Source: Pseudomonadota bacterium
GTDB taxonomy: Bacteria > Pseudomonadota > Gammaproteobacteria > Steroidobacterales > Woeseiaceae
Assembly (NCBI GenBank): GCA_039027435.1
Contig: JBCCKF010000002.1
Location: 259,009 to 323,008 of the forward strand
Direction of reading: 5' to 3'
DNA length: 64,000 bases
Shown here: positions 28,718 through 42,500 of the stretch, piece by piece
Position numbering within the stretch: the first letter of the stretch is position 1
Layout of the letters: each line of letters begins with the position of its first letter
Translations under genes and position numbers: made by a program
Notes under the pieces: model-generated
Told to the model about the DNA's origin: nothing
Databases searched by the model: none
Seen by the model: the letters and a program-made list of their open reading frames with translations, nothing else

Positions 28718-29407
28718 CTATCGACCGCGCCGCAGCAGCGGCATCGGATCGATGGGTTGCCCGTCGCGACGTATCTCGAAATGCAGCCGCGGCTCCTGCG
28801 CTGCGGTCTCGCCCATCGTGGCGATTTTCTGGCCGGACCGAACGGTATCCCCTTCGTTGACCAGCAGCGATGCGTTGTGGCCGTATGCCGAGAGGAAGTT
28901 GGGTGTGTGCTGAATAATCACGAGCTTCCCATAGCCCTTGAGACCGCTTCCCGCGTACACGACCTCACCGTCGGCTGACGCAAAAATTGACTGACCCCGT
29001 TTGCCTCCAATCAATACACCCGTTTGTTTGACCTTGGCGCCAACATCGAACTCAGCAACGAGCCGCCCGTCAGTCGGCCAGCGCCACGACGCGACCGGCA
29101 CAACAGGAGGTCTTGGTGGCGGTGCTGCTACTTGACCTGCAGGCGGTTTCGTAAGGCGCAATCTTTGTCCGGGATAGATTCGACTGACATCGCTTAGTCG
29201 GTTCCATTGCGCGAGATCCGCCTGCGCAATGCCGTAGCGGAACGCGATGCTATAGAACGTGTCACCGGGTCTCACGACATAAATGCCCGAAGTCGGCGCG
29301 CTTTGTCGCCCACTTGCGCCTCCCGACCTGTTGGTTTTGGAATCCCAGCTGCCAGCACATCCACTCAGAGCCACTAGCGCCGCCAGGATCAGTGCACGAA
29401 GTACCAT
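28718..29407 (-). CDS. nlpD: LysM + LytM(M23)-domain lipoprotein, NlpD-like murein hydrolase activator
   Basis: Lipobox LVALSGC, LysM domain (YVVRPGDTFYSIAFRYGIAQADLAQWNRL) and a C-terminal M23-like domain (GYGKLVIIQHTPNFLSAYGHN...LHFEIR). Confidence 0.85.
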   Translation of the reverse strand: MVLRALILAALVALSGCAGSWDSKTNRSGGASGRQSAPTSGIYVVRPGDTFYSIAFRYGIAQADLAQWNRLSDVSRIYPGQRLRLTKPPAGQVAAPPPRPPVVPVASWRWPTDGRLVAEFDVGAKVKQTGVLIGGKRGQSIFASADGEVVYAGSGLKGYGKLVIIQHTPNFLSAYGHNASLLVNEGDTVRSGQKIATMGETAAQEPRLHFEIRRDGQPIDPMPLLRRGR

Positions 29408-29970
29408 GCCAATCCTCCCGCCACTATTAGGACAACAATCCAGCCGATCGTATCCACATAACGACGAAGATTTGCGGCGGCAGCGTCACCACCTAGGTAG
29501 ATCAGCCCCGCAACCAGAAAAAACCTCGCGCCCCTGCCGACGACTGAGGCCAATACAAACAAAGGCAGATTCATGGCCGCAGCGCCGGCACCGATCGTGA
29601 AGATCTTGTAGGGGATCGGTGAGAAACCGGCGACAAACACCACCCCGATGCCATATTCAGCGAACCATACACGGGCCTCGGTGTAGGCCTCGGCATAAGA
29701 CGAAGCTAGCAACCAGGGTTCGATTGATTCGAGCACAAACAGACCAATCAGGTATCCAACAAGCCCACCGACGACTGACGCTACGGTGGTCAGCGCGGCC
29801 AGTTTGAATGCGCGTGCGCGCTGCGCCAGCACCATTGGTGCGAGCATGACGTCGGGCGGAACCGGAAAAAAAGAGGATTCGGCGAAACTCAATCCCGCCA
29901 GCCAGTAGGTAGCATGCGGGTGGCGGGATCGCGCGAGCACCCAGTCATATAACGGCGTAAACAGTCGCAT
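29389..29970 (-). CDS. YqaA-family (DedA/VTT-related) inner-membrane protein
   Basis: 193 aa. AESSFFPVPPDVMLAPM and multiple TM helices are typical of the YqaA family. Confidence 0.65.
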   Translation of the reverse strand: MRLFTPLYDWVLARSRHPHATYWLAGLSFAESSFFPVPPDVMLAPMVLAQRARAFKLAALTTVASVVGGLVGYLIGLFVLESIEPWLLASSYAEAYTEARVWFAEYGIGVVFVAGFSPIPYKIFTIGAGAAAMNLPLFVLASVVGRGARFFLVAGLIYLGGDAAAANLRRYVDTIGWIVVLIVAGGLAWYFVH

Positions 29971-30632
29971 CAGCGCCCATCCGCCGATTTGACCAGCGGC
30001 ACGAAGCTCGCGGGTCCGAGGTCCTCTTGCGAATAACCCTCCTCACCACGCGTGATTCGCATCAGACGCTGGTCGCGCGCCGGCCCCAACGGAAGCACCA
30101 GTCTGCCGCCCACTGCCAGTTGTTCGAGCAGTGCGGTGGGAATTCGCTCCGGTGCCGCAGCCACAATGATGCCGTCATAGGGGCCATGCTTGGCCCAGCC
30201 CTGCCAGCCGTCACCATGACGAAAGCGCACGTTATAAACCTTCATACCTGCGAGACGCTCACGCGTCTTGCCGAGAATCGGGCCGACGTACTCAATGCTG
30301 TGTATGTAGCGAACCAAAGGCGCGAGAACCGCTGTCTGGTAGCCGCAACCCGTGCCAATTTCCAGCACTTGCTCGAGAGGGCCGGCCTCCAGTAGCGCCT
30401 CAGTCATTCGCGCAACGATATACGGCTGGCTGATGGTTTGCCCATGACCAATGGGCAGCGCAGTATCCTCGTAGGCTCGACTCGCAAGCGCCTCATCCAC
30501 GAACAGATGTCTTGGTACGGAACGAATTTGCGATAAGACCCGAGCGTTGCTGATCCCCTGCGCTTTCAGCCGTTCGATCAGACGCTCGCGCGTGCGCGCC
30601 GAGGTCATGCCGATCCCTGAGGTCGTGCTCAT
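29970..30632 (-). CDS. pcm: protein-L-isoaspartate O-methyltransferase
   Basis: 220 aa. Contains [31 protein letters not shown] and GGRLVLPLG. Confidence 0.9.
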   Translation of the reverse strand: MSTTSGIGMTSARTRERLIERLKAQGISNARVLSQIRSVPRHLFVDEALASRAYEDTALPIGHGQTISQPYIVARMTEALLEAGPLEQVLEIGTGCGYQTAVLAPLVRYIHSIEYVGPILGKTRERLAGMKVYNVRFRHGDGWQGWAKHGPYDGIIVAAAPERIPTALLEQLAVGGRLVLPLGPARDQRLMRITRGEEGYSQEDLGPASFVPLVKSADGR

Positions 30633-30797
30633 AGACCAAGGCCTCCGCTAAGCGTTCGGTGCGCTTCGTTTGTCTTGTAGGTTCCCGACATCGGGACGAA
30701 ATGATACGCAATCGTTGGCATGCCGAGTAGCGAAGCGAGTACTTTTACCGCATCCATCAAAGACGTATGCTCGAACGAGATCACAGGGAGCACCTTG

Positions 30798-31337
30798 ATG
30801 AGTGACGATGTGAGTCAGTCTGACGACGATACGGATCTGTTTCGCCAAGCGGTTAGCGATGCGCGGCCGTTGAAAAAGAAGCCTGTGGAGCACTCGCGTC
30901 GCCCGCCACCCTCGCCCCGTGCGACTATGCGCCGGCGGGACGAGGCTGACGTGCTTCATGAGAGCCTCAACGCCGATATCGAAACCATGGAATGGCGCAA
31001 CGGTGACGCATTGCGATACCGGCGTCCGGAAGTCGGCGAGCGTGTGTTGCGCAAGTTATCAAAAGGGCAATTTCGGGTTGAAGCCGAGATTGACCTGCAC
31101 GGCTATACGGTTCGCGAGGCCAGAGAAGTGATGCGTGAGTTCATGGCAGATTGCGAATACCACCACTGGCGGTGTGTACGCGTCATTCACGGCAAGGGGC
31201 TCGGGTCGGGCCACCGCGGCCCACAGTTGAAGGGCAGTGTCGACGGCTGGCTGCGACGTGATGATCGTGTGGCGGCATTCACCTCCGCAAGACAGGTCGA
31301 CGGTGGGAGCGGTGCTGTCTACGTGCTCTTGCGCTAG
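30798..31337 (+). CDS. Smr-domain protein (SmrA/YdaL-like endonuclease)
   Basis: C-terminal Smr domain (IDLHGYTVREAREVMREF...VRVIHGKGLGS...). ATG 30798 is preceded by AGGGAG. The stop shares a palindromic CTAG with the convergent truD stop. Confidence 0.75.
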   Translation: MSDDVSQSDDDTDLFRQAVSDARPLKKKPVEHSRRPPPSPRATMRRRDEADVLHESLNADIETMEWRNGDALRYRRPEVGERVLRKLSKGQFRVEAEIDLHGYTVREAREVMREFMADCEYHHWRCVRVIHGKGLGSGHRGPQLKGSVDGWLRRDDRVAAFTSARQVDGGSGAVYVLLR

Positions 31338-32347
31338 TCCGGCAGGAGCAGCTCATTCAGCAGCGCAGTGGCGAAACTGCCCGCGGTGAGCTCGAACGTT
31401 AGGTGTGCTACGCCGTTAGCGAACTCACAGTTAAAGCCTTTCGGTACCACGCGCAAGCTGCGCCGCCCTGCCCTGGCGCCACCGCGCTCGGCGGCAGACG
31501 CCCAATGCGCACAGTCTTCAATCACCTTCGATTCAATGCGCGCCGGGGCACCGTCCACACCCATGTTGCCGCGCCCCCACAAAGGGCCGGTTGGGTGCAG
31601 GTCTCTTTGATTTGCGCGGCCCTTAACCTCATCGAGCGCCTTCGCCTCGACTGAAAAGACGCTATTGCTGCCCTCGAGCTGCACGACATCGCCGTCGAGT
31701 GGCGTGTCCCACGTGTGCGTTTGAACCCGCGTACCGAGGACAACATTAAACATCGCAGCACGAGCCGCCGATAAAGCCAGACCGCGTTCGTTGCGTCTCA
31801 AGCGCCGCCCGCTAGCCAACCCTTCAGCGGCCCTGAGGTTGCTGAAGTCCCGACCAAAACGCTGCGCACCAAAGTAGTTCGGCACACCCTGAGCGATCGC
31901 CGCGAGTAACTCCGGATCAGGAGCATGATGCATCTCTCGCAACCGCAATTCGAAGCGATTGCCCTGCAGCGCACCGGTTCGAATCTTGCGGTTATGCCGT
32001 TCCGTTTCCAGAATTTGCACGCCGGTTGCCACAAACTCGGACCAATCAACAGATCGACCAGGCACCTGAACGCTGAACCACTGACGGGTCACCGCCACAC
32101 GATCCTTGCGACCAGCAAAGCTCACATTCTTGATGCTGACCTCGGCGTAGCGAGCGAGCTGGCGCGCTACCCACTTGGTATTGGCATCGGTCTTCTCGAT
32201 CCACAAGACTTCGTGCTCGCCATCGCCGCTGGGCGTCCAGTTAGGCAACTCGATGACACGAAAGTCCTCTGGCGTGTGCTTGATGCGAGCGAACTGACGC
32301 TCACCGGACAATGCCGGGGGCACGGGCCAGGGCGATAGAGGTTGCAA
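31334..32347 (-). CDS. truD: tRNA pseudouridine(13) synthase TruD
   Basis: 337 aa. IKHTPEDFRVIE, FAGRKDRVAVTRQWFSV (catalytic Asp region) and NYFGAQRFG. Confidence 0.9.
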   Translation of the reverse strand: MQPLSPWPVPPALSGERQFARIKHTPEDFRVIELPNWTPSGDGEHEVLWIEKTDANTKWVARQLARYAEVSIKNVSFAGRKDRVAVTRQWFSVQVPGRSVDWSEFVATGVQILETERHNRKIRTGALQGNRFELRLREMHHAPDPELLAAIAQGVPNYFGAQRFGRDFSNLRAAEGLASGRRLRRNERGLALSAARAAMFNVVLGTRVQTHTWDTPLDGDVVQLEGSNSVFSVEAKALDEVKGRANQRDLHPTGPLWGRGNMGVDGAPARIESKVIEDCAHWASAAERGGARAGRRSLRVVPKGFNCEFANGVAHLTFELTAGSFATALLNELLLPD

Positions 32348-32349
32348 GA

Positions 32350-32679
32350 TCAGTCGGAGGCGACGATCTGATAGAACGATTCGTCTTCAGAGATCAGGCC
32401 GAGATCGGAACGCGCTCGCTCTTCGGCGGCCTCAAGACCATGCTTCAGGTTATTCACCTCACCTGACAATGCAGCATTACGCGCCTGCAACGTGCTGATC
32501 TCCTGACGCGTCTGGGTCACTTCCGCCTGCAAACGTTGCGTTCGGCGAAGGCCATCCGCCGACAACAACAACACCGCGAGCGTGGATACCAATAGCAGCA
32601 CCAACAACGCGAGGAGCAGGTTCATCGCCCAATTCGATTCTGATTGTGCTGCAAGTCCAGTCAATGACTCATTCCCCAT
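32350..32679 (-). CDS. ftsB: cell division protein FtsB
   Basis: Single TM followed by a coiled coil, with EERARSDLGLISEDESFYQIV at the C-terminus. The start is either ATG 32679 or ATG 32625. Confidence 0.8.
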   Translation of the reverse strand: MGNESLTGLAAQSESNWAMNLLLALLVLLLVSTLAVLLLSADGLRRTQRLQAEVTQTRQEISTLQARNAALSGEVNNLKHGLEAAEERARSDLGLISEDESFYQIVASD

Positions 32680-32712
32680 GCACGAAGTGCGGACCGCAGA
32701 CGCCCCTTACTG

Positions 32713-36511
<3,799 letters not shown>

Positions 36512-36523
36512 CTATCCGTCTGG

Positions 36524-36571
36524 CAACAAAAAAAGCCGGAGTAAAGGTTCGGTTCCAAGCCTTTACTCCGG
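36524..36571 (-). terminator. Rho-independent terminator downstream of tilS
   Basis: The minus-strand RNA reads GCCGGAGUAAAGG-(12-nt loop)-CCUUUACUCCGGC followed by UUUUUUU. The stem is a perfect 13 bp (36534-36546 / 36559-36571) and the T-run is at 36527-36533. Confidence 0.8.
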
Positions 36572-36605
36572 CCTTCGAGCGTGCGAACACGTCATCAGAA
36601 CGGAG

Positions 36606-37934
36606 TCAAACGATACCAGAGCCGACAGGTCCAGACAATCCGAGCTCAGGCCGCCGAGACCAAATGAGCGCACTCTGGCGCAGCGAATCCGGCCAGCCCG
36701 AGAGCTCGTAGCACCCGATCGCAACCAACTCGTCGTCGATGCTCAGCAACGGAATGCGGGTGCGAGCCCACGGCGGGACTGCGCGTTCCTGGCACCAGGC
36801 GGCGAAGCTGTGACGGGGCCTGCAGCCATCCAGGACACTGAGTGCGGGCCTGCGAAAGTGACAAGTCAGGCTCAAAGCACGCTCCGGGCGCGCAGACAAC
36901 GATAGCGTGCCGTAACCCGCGGGAAGCGGAAGTTCGGATTGACCATCCCAGAGACTGACAAACGCCTCCGGCTCCTCGGGCAACGGTGGCAAAAAGAACA
37001 GATGATCCCGATAGCGGCGCGCCGTGCCCCCATCCCAGGCGACCAGCCCTCGGCCGGACTCACCACGCACGAGCTGCAACACACTCTTCAGTCGCGCCTG
37101 GTTAGGCGCCGCCAGGCCGAGCACTCTGCAGCCCGCACGAAGGGCAATGCCAAGCCTTCGATCGTCCAGTTGCGAGAGCCGATCGCAGGAGGCCACCGAC
37201 CGCGAGACACCGAGTGCAAGCCGCCAATCGGCCAAACCGATTCGATCCAATTCCGTGCGTGCCTGCTGTTGCCATACAGCGGCTCGTGCAATTGTCTTCG
37301 ATGCGGCTGGCCACCGCTGCTCGATCATGGGCATGACTTGTCCACGAAGATAGTTTCGATCAAAGGACTCGTCGTCGTTGCTCGGGTCATCAAACCACTG
37401 CAGGCCGTGTAACTCGGCATAGGCTTCGATATCAGCACGCGTGACAGAGAGCAGTGGCCGCAATAATCGACCTTGACCAAATCTTGCGGTGGCTGGCATT
37501 CCTGACAATCCAGCTGGCCCCCCGCCTCGCAACAGCTGCAGGAGCACGGTTTCCGTCTGATCATCGGCATGCTGCGCAGTCAGCAGGCATTCTCCAATCG
37601 AAATCTCGGGTTCCAGCGCCAGGTACCGCGCATCGCGCGCAGCGGCTTCGATTCCTCGATCCGAATTGGGGTCTACCGCCACATCGATGATGCGGACCTC
37701 AACACCGATGGCTTGCGCGCTCTTGGATACCGCCCGCTTCCAATGCGCCGTCACATCGGGCTGTAGCCCATGAGACACATGCAATGCATCGACGCGACCG
37801 GGCGCGTGCGCCTGCAATGCATGGAGCAGTACCGTCGAATCCAGACCACCGCTAAAAGCTACCCGCCAGCCCAGCGGAGCGTTTCGAGCAACGAGATTCG
37901 CAACGGCATTGGTGACCGCCGCGGCGTCAGACAC
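36606..37934 (-). CDS. tilS: tRNA(Ile)-lysidine synthase
   Basis: 442 aa with the PP-loop SGGLDS near the N-terminus. Sits in the accA-tilS order. Confidence 0.85.
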   Translation of the reverse strand: MSDAAAVTNAVANLVARNAPLGWRVAFSGGLDSTVLLHALQAHAPGRVDALHVSHGLQPDVTAHWKRAVSKSAQAIGVEVRIIDVAVDPNSDRGIEAAARDARYLALEPEISIGECLLTAQHADDQTETVLLQLLRGGGPAGLSGMPATARFGQGRLLRPLLSVTRADIEAYAELHGLQWFDDPSNDDESFDRNYLRGQVMPMIEQRWPAASKTIARAAVWQQQARTELDRIGLADWRLALGVSRSVASCDRLSQLDDRRLGIALRAGCRVLGLAAPNQARLKSVLQLVRGESGRGLVAWDGGTARRYRDHLFFLPPLPEEPEAFVSLWDGQSELPLPAGYGTLSLSARPERALSLTCHFRRPALSVLDGCRPRHSFAAWCQERAVPPWARTRIPLLSIDDELVAIGCYELSGWPDSLRQSALIWSRRPELGLSGPVGSGIV

Positions 37935-37936
37935 GC

Positions 37937-38896
37937 TTAGGCGCTCTTGAAGTCGCCGAACCCTGCGAGTCTTTGAGAGCGCCGCTGAATCAGCTCGTCG
38001 ACATCCATTTCGCCCAGCCCTTTGACCTGTTTGTACAGTGCTGCCTTGAGCGTTGCTGACATCTGTTCCGGGTCTCGATGGGCGCCGCCCAACGGCTCCT
38101 CGAGCACCTCGTCAATCAAACCGAATTCGATCAGCTGATCTGCAGTAATGCGCATCGCTTCGGCAGCATCCGCCGCCTTCTCCGCACTCTTCCACAGAAT
38201 CGATGCACAACCTTCGGGTGAAATCACCGAATAGATCGCGTATTGCAACATCAACAGATGATCCGCAACGCCAATGGCGAGCGCACCGCCGCTGCCCCCC
38301 TCGCCGATCACGACACTGATAACGGGTGTGCGCAGCGTCGCCATCACTTTGAGATTGCGGGCGATCGCCTCAGACTGACCGCGCTCTTCCGCGCCAATGC
38401 CGGGGTAGGCCCCCGGGGTGTCGATCAGTGTGACAATCGGCAAGCCAAATTTCTCCGCAAGCTCCATCAATCGCTGAGCCTTGCGATAGCCCTCCGGCCG
38501 CGGCATGCCGTAGTTGCGCCGCACCCGTTCTTTGGTATCTCTGCCCTTTTGATGACCGATCAGCATCACGGGCAGGTCTTCAATGCGTGCCAAACCGCCG
38601 ATAATCGCGTAGTCGTCCGCGTACATCCGGTCGCCATGCAATTCCTGGAAGTCCTCAAAGATGCCGCCGATGTAGTCGAGCGTGTACGGGCGCATCGGGT
38701 GACGCGCAACCTGTGCAACCTGCCAGGCGCTCAGATCGGAGAAGATCGACTTCGTCAGCGACTCACTCTTTTTGGTCAGGCGTTCGATTTCCTCAGCGAT
38801 ATTGACGCCAGAATCGTCACCGACATAGCGCAGCCCCTCGATCTTGCCTTCCAACTCAGCAATCGGCTGCTCGAATTCCAGGAATTTGAGATCCAT
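37937..38896 (-). CDS. accA: acetyl-CoA carboxylase carboxyltransferase subunit alpha
   Basis: [16 protein letters not shown] is collinear with the E. coli AccA N-terminus. ATG 38896 is favoured over TTG 38914. Confidence 0.95.
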   Translation of the reverse strand: MDLKFLEFEQPIAELEGKIEGLRYVGDDSGVNIAEEIERLTKKSESLTKSIFSDLSAWQVAQVARHPMRPYTLDYIGGIFEDFQELHGDRMYADDYAIIGGLARIEDLPVMLIGHQKGRDTKERVRRNYGMPRPEGYRKAQRLMELAEKFGLPIVTLIDTPGAYPGIGAEERGQSEAIARNLKVMATLRTPVISVVIGEGGSGGALAIGVADHLLMLQYAIYSVISPEGCASILWKSAEKAADAAEAMRITADQLIEFGLIDEVLEEPLGGAHRDPEQMSATLKAALYKQVKGLGEMDVDELIQRRSQRLAGFGDFKSA

Positions 38897-38957
38897 CCCC
38901 TGAAGCCCCGTCAATAAAACCGTGTAACACTAGCACAGGCACGCCCTGCACCACAGA

Positions 38958-41900
38958 TCATGACTGCGCTCTCAACTTGACCCGGTAGCTGTCTTCGCCG
39001 AAGGCTTCATCGAGCGCGCTGCGCAGTGCTGTCGATACGCGCACCTTCCACAGATCGCCGAGCATCATCCGACCCGACAATTCTGCGGCGCGATAATCTA
39101 TTGCGATTTCGCAGGCACCGCCGCGATAGGGTCGCAATGTGGTTTGAAGGTCGCGCACCAACGCCCTCGCAGCCGCATCATCGCGCGGGCGCTCCAGCGT
39201 GAGGAGGAGTCGGGACGCGCACTCCTCGATCACATGATCAAGATCACGCAAGTGCTTTGCGTTAACACCCCAGGCATTCATGAAGCTATCCCAATTCAGG
39301 GTGCCCGATGCCAGGACAACCGTGTCCTTCACCAACAGATGCCGTACGGCGTCGACCGTGTCTGAGTAGAGCTGCACGTCGATGCGTCCGGTATCGTCAT
39401 CCAACGTCACGGTGGTCCGGTTACCGCGTTTTCGAACATCAAAAATGAGCCCTGCGACGGTGACCTGTCTGCGCGGCTGTGAAAAATCACCGCCGCTATC
39501 TGCGCCCGCAGGCGGACGCGCCGATATCAACTCGGACAATGAAGCTCTCGCCAGCTGCTTGGCGTAGCCGCGATAGCGCGCGAACGGATGCCCGGACAGA
39601 TATAACCCGAGCGCCTCCTTCTCTGCGCGCAGGCGATCGCTGGAGTGCCACTCCGCAACATCGCGCAGTGCGATTTCCGGAACTTCAACATCACCAGCAC
39701 TACCGAACAAATCGTTCTGACCGGCTGCGGCGGCCTTGGCGTCCTGTTCCGCCTGGCGAAGCAGATCCGGCACAGTCTCCATCATCGATCGACGGTTGCC
39801 GTGTAACTCATCCATCGCACCGGCTTTGATGAGTGCTTCGAACATGCGCCGATTGAAAGGCTCAAGATCTACCCGCTGACAGACCTCTGCAAGATCCTGG
39901 TAGGTACCGCCACTTTCACGCTCGGCAATCAGGGCCTCGATCGCCGCCATCCCGACACCTTTGATCGCGCCAAGACCGTAACGGATGTTGCCGTCATCTG
40001 TAGCGCTAAAGTGCGCCTGCGATGCATTAACATCCGGAGCGAGCAGGCGAATGCCGAGCGCACGGCAGTCATCTTTAAGGCCAACCAATTTGTCGGTGCT
40101 GTCCATGTCGGACGACATCACCGCAGCCATGAACTCCGCGGGATAGTGCGCTTTCAGCCACGCTGTCTGATAACTCAGCACCGCGTAGGCCGCGGAGTGC
40201 GATTTATTGAATCCGTAGCCTGCAAATTTCTCCATCAGATCGAAGATATATTCGGCCTGTGCTTTATCGACCTCACGCGCGACGCAACCGTCCACGAAAA
40301 TTTCGCGTTGCTTGGCCATCTCCTCAGGCTTTTTCTTGCCCATGGCGCGACGCAATAGATCCGCACCACCCAATGTATAGCCGGCGAGGACCTGAGCGAT
40401 CTGCATCACCTGTTCCTGATACAGGATGACGCCATAAGTGGGTTCAAGCACACCCTTGAGATCCGGGTGCAGATAGTCGATCTCCTGACCGGATTGCCCG
40501 TGCTTGCGCGCGATGAAGTCATCCACCATCCCAGACTGGAGCGGGCCAGGTCGAAACAACGCTACCAACGCAACGAGATCGCCAAAGCAGTCCGGCCGCA
40601 AGCGCTTGATCAAATCCTTCATGCCGCGAGATTCCAGCTGGAACACGGCTGTCGTCTGGTAGCGTTGCAGAAGGTCGTAGGTCTTCTTATCGTCCATCGG
40701 CAACGATTGCAGATCGATAGGCGCTTCACCCGCTTGCGCGCGCCTGGCATTCACTGATTTCAGAGCACGGTCGATGATTGTGAGCGTGCGCAGCCCAAGG
40801 AAGTCGAACTTGACCAGACCGGCCGCTTCGACATCGTCCTTGTCGAATTGAGTGACGAGGTTGGCGCCACCCTCTTCGCAGTACAAGGGTGTGAAGTCGG
40901 TAAGCTCGGTGGGTGCGATCACGACACCACCCGCGTGTTTGCCCGCGTTGCGCACACAACCTTCCAGCGACAACGCAAGATCAAGAATGCTGCGAACCTC
41001 GTCGTCCTCTTTATGCAGACGCGCGAGTTCCGGTTCGTCGTTGAGCGCCTTCTCAAGCGTCATCCCAACCTCAAAGGGAATCAGCTTCGCAATCTTGTCG
41101 ACGAAACCATACGGAAAATCGAGAACACGGCCGGCATCGCGCACCACCGCCTTGGCTGCCATGGTGCCGTAAGTGATGATCTGCGATACACGATTCCGTC
41201 CGTAGTGCTCAGCGACATAGGCGATGACCCGGTCGCGGCCTTCCATACAGAAATCGACATCAAAATCCGGCATCGATACACGTTCCGGATTCAGGAATCG
41301 CTCGAACAGCAAATCGTGTTCCAGAGGATCGATATCGGTAATGCCGAGCACGAATGCCACCAACGATCCGGCACCGGACCCCCGACCGGGCCCGACCGGC
41401 ACACCGTTGTTGCGCGCCCATGCAATGAAGTCGGCGACGATCAGGAAATAGCCGGGAAACCCCATACTACAAATCGTGTCCAGTTCGCGCTCGAGTCGGG
41501 CCGGATAGTCACTCCCATCACCTTCGTAATTGACGCCTTTTGCGAGCTTCTCTGCCAGTTTTTCGTGTGACTTTTTCCTGAGCCAAGTGCCGGTGTCACT
41601 GCCATCAGGCACGGGAAACTCGGGCAGGTAGCTCTTGCCGAGCTCCAGATCGAGACTGCAGCGCGCTGCGATGCGAACCGTATTGTCGATCGCTTCCGGA
41701 AGGTCGGAGAACAACTCGATCATCGCCGCCGGCGAGCGCAGGTGCTGATGCGGCGTGTAGGGTTTCGGGCGTTTGCTGTCAGCGAGCGTTCGACCCTGGT
41801 GGATACACACACGAGCTTCGTGCGCTTCGAATTCATCGGGCTCGATGAATCGGACATCATTGGTTGCAACCAGCGGCAGCGCCATCGATGCACCGAGCGT

Positions 41901-42500
41901 TACGGCCGCTTCGAGCCATGCGGCTTCCTCGGCACGTCCGGTTCTGGACACCTGCAGGTAGAACCGATTCGGAAATACGTCGCGCCAGTGGGCAGCTGCC
42001 TGATTCAGTGCATCGGAATCACCCGCATTGGCGACACGCGCGAGCTCCCCTTCAAACCCACCGGACAATGCAATCAAGCCTTCGCAGGTTTCCTGTTGAA
42101 GCCATTCGCGCAGCACTTCGGGACGACCCTGACGCTGACCCTCCATGAACGCACGTGTAACCAGACGAGTGAGGTTTCGATAACCCTGCACGTTTTGGCA
42201 CAGCAGCACCATGATGCTGGGCGTCTTGTCTTCAGCGCTACTGCGCACAGCGAGTTCCACACCGATGATCGGCTTAACGCCGGCGCGTAGCGCTCGCGTA
42301 TAGAACTTCACCATTGCAAACAGGTTGCCCGCATCCGACAGTGCCACCGCGGGCATGCCTTGCGCCGCGACCGCGTCCATCAGGGTCGGCACCTTTACGA
42401 GGCCATCGACGATCGAATACTGCGTGTGCAGATGCAGGTGAACAAAAGTTCGGGACCCACCCGCATCGTCGTGATAGCTCGGTTGAAGCTCGGCTACCAT
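38958..42500 (-). CDS. dnaE: DNA polymerase III subunit alpha
   Basis: PHP domain FVHLHLHTQYSIVDG, polymerase core and OB fold. ATG 42500 overlaps the rnhB stop (ATGA). The ORF-track start 42566 lies inside rnhB. Confidence 0.95.
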   Translation of the reverse strand: MVAELQPSYHDDAGGSRTFVHLHLHTQYSIVDGLVKVPTLMDAVAAQGMPAVALSDAGNLFAMVKFYTRALRAGVKPIIGVELAVRSSAEDKTPSIMVLLCQNVQGYRNLTRLVTRAFMEGQRQGRPEVLREWLQQETCEGLIALSGGFEGELARVANAGDSDALNQAAAHWRDVFPNRFYLQVSRTGRAEEAAWLEAAVTLGASMALPLVATNDVRFIEPDEFEAHEARVCIHQGRTLADSKRPKPYTPHQHLRSPAAMIELFSDLPEAIDNTVRIAARCSLDLELGKSYLPEFPVPDGSDTGTWLRKKSHEKLAEKLAKGVNYEGDGSDYPARLERELDTICSMGFPGYFLIVADFIAWARNNGVPVGPGRGSGAGSLVAFVLGITDIDPLEHDLLFERFLNPERVSMPDFDVDFCMEGRDRVIAYVAEHYGRNRVSQIITYGTMAAKAVVRDAGRVLDFPYGFVDKIAKLIPFEVGMTLEKALNDEPELARLHKEDDEVRSILDLALSLEGCVRNAGKHAGGVVIAPTELTDFTPLYCEEGGANLVTQFDKDDVEAAGLVKFDFLGLRTLTIIDRALKSVNARRAQAGEAPIDLQSLPMDDKKTYDLLQRYQTTAVFQLESRGMKDLIKRLRPDCFGDLVALVALFRPGPLQSGMVDDFIARKHGQSGQEIDYLHPDLKGVLEPTYGVILYQEQVMQIAQVLAGYTLGGADLLRRAMGKKKPEEMAKQREIFVDGCVAREVDKAQAEYIFDLMEKFAGYGFNKSHSAAYAVLSYQTAWLKAHYPAEFMAAVMSSDMDSTDKLVGLKDDCRALGIRLLAPDVNASQAHFSATDDGNIRYGLGAIKGVGMAAIEALIAERESGGTYQDLAEVCQRVDLEPFNRRMFEALIKAGAMDELHGNRRSMMETVPDLLRQAEQDAKAAAAGQNDLFGSAGDVEVPEIALRDVAEWHSSDRLRAEKEALGLYLSGHPFARYRGYAKQLARASLSELISARPPAGADSGGDFSQPRRQVTVAGLIFDVRKRGNRTTVTLDDDTGRIDVQLYSDTVDAVRHLLVKDTVVLASGTLNWDSFMNAWGVNAKHLRDLDHVIEECASRLLLTLERPRDDAAARALVRDLQTTLRPYRGGACEIAIDYRAAELSGRMMLGDLWKVRVSTALRSALDEAFGEDSYRVKLRAQS

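Noticed and set aside
36534-36571. 13-bp perfect inverted repeat, considered as a REP/MITE-like element
   Set aside because: It is single-copy in the window and is followed by a U7 run on the coding strand of tilS, so an intrinsic terminator explains it fully.
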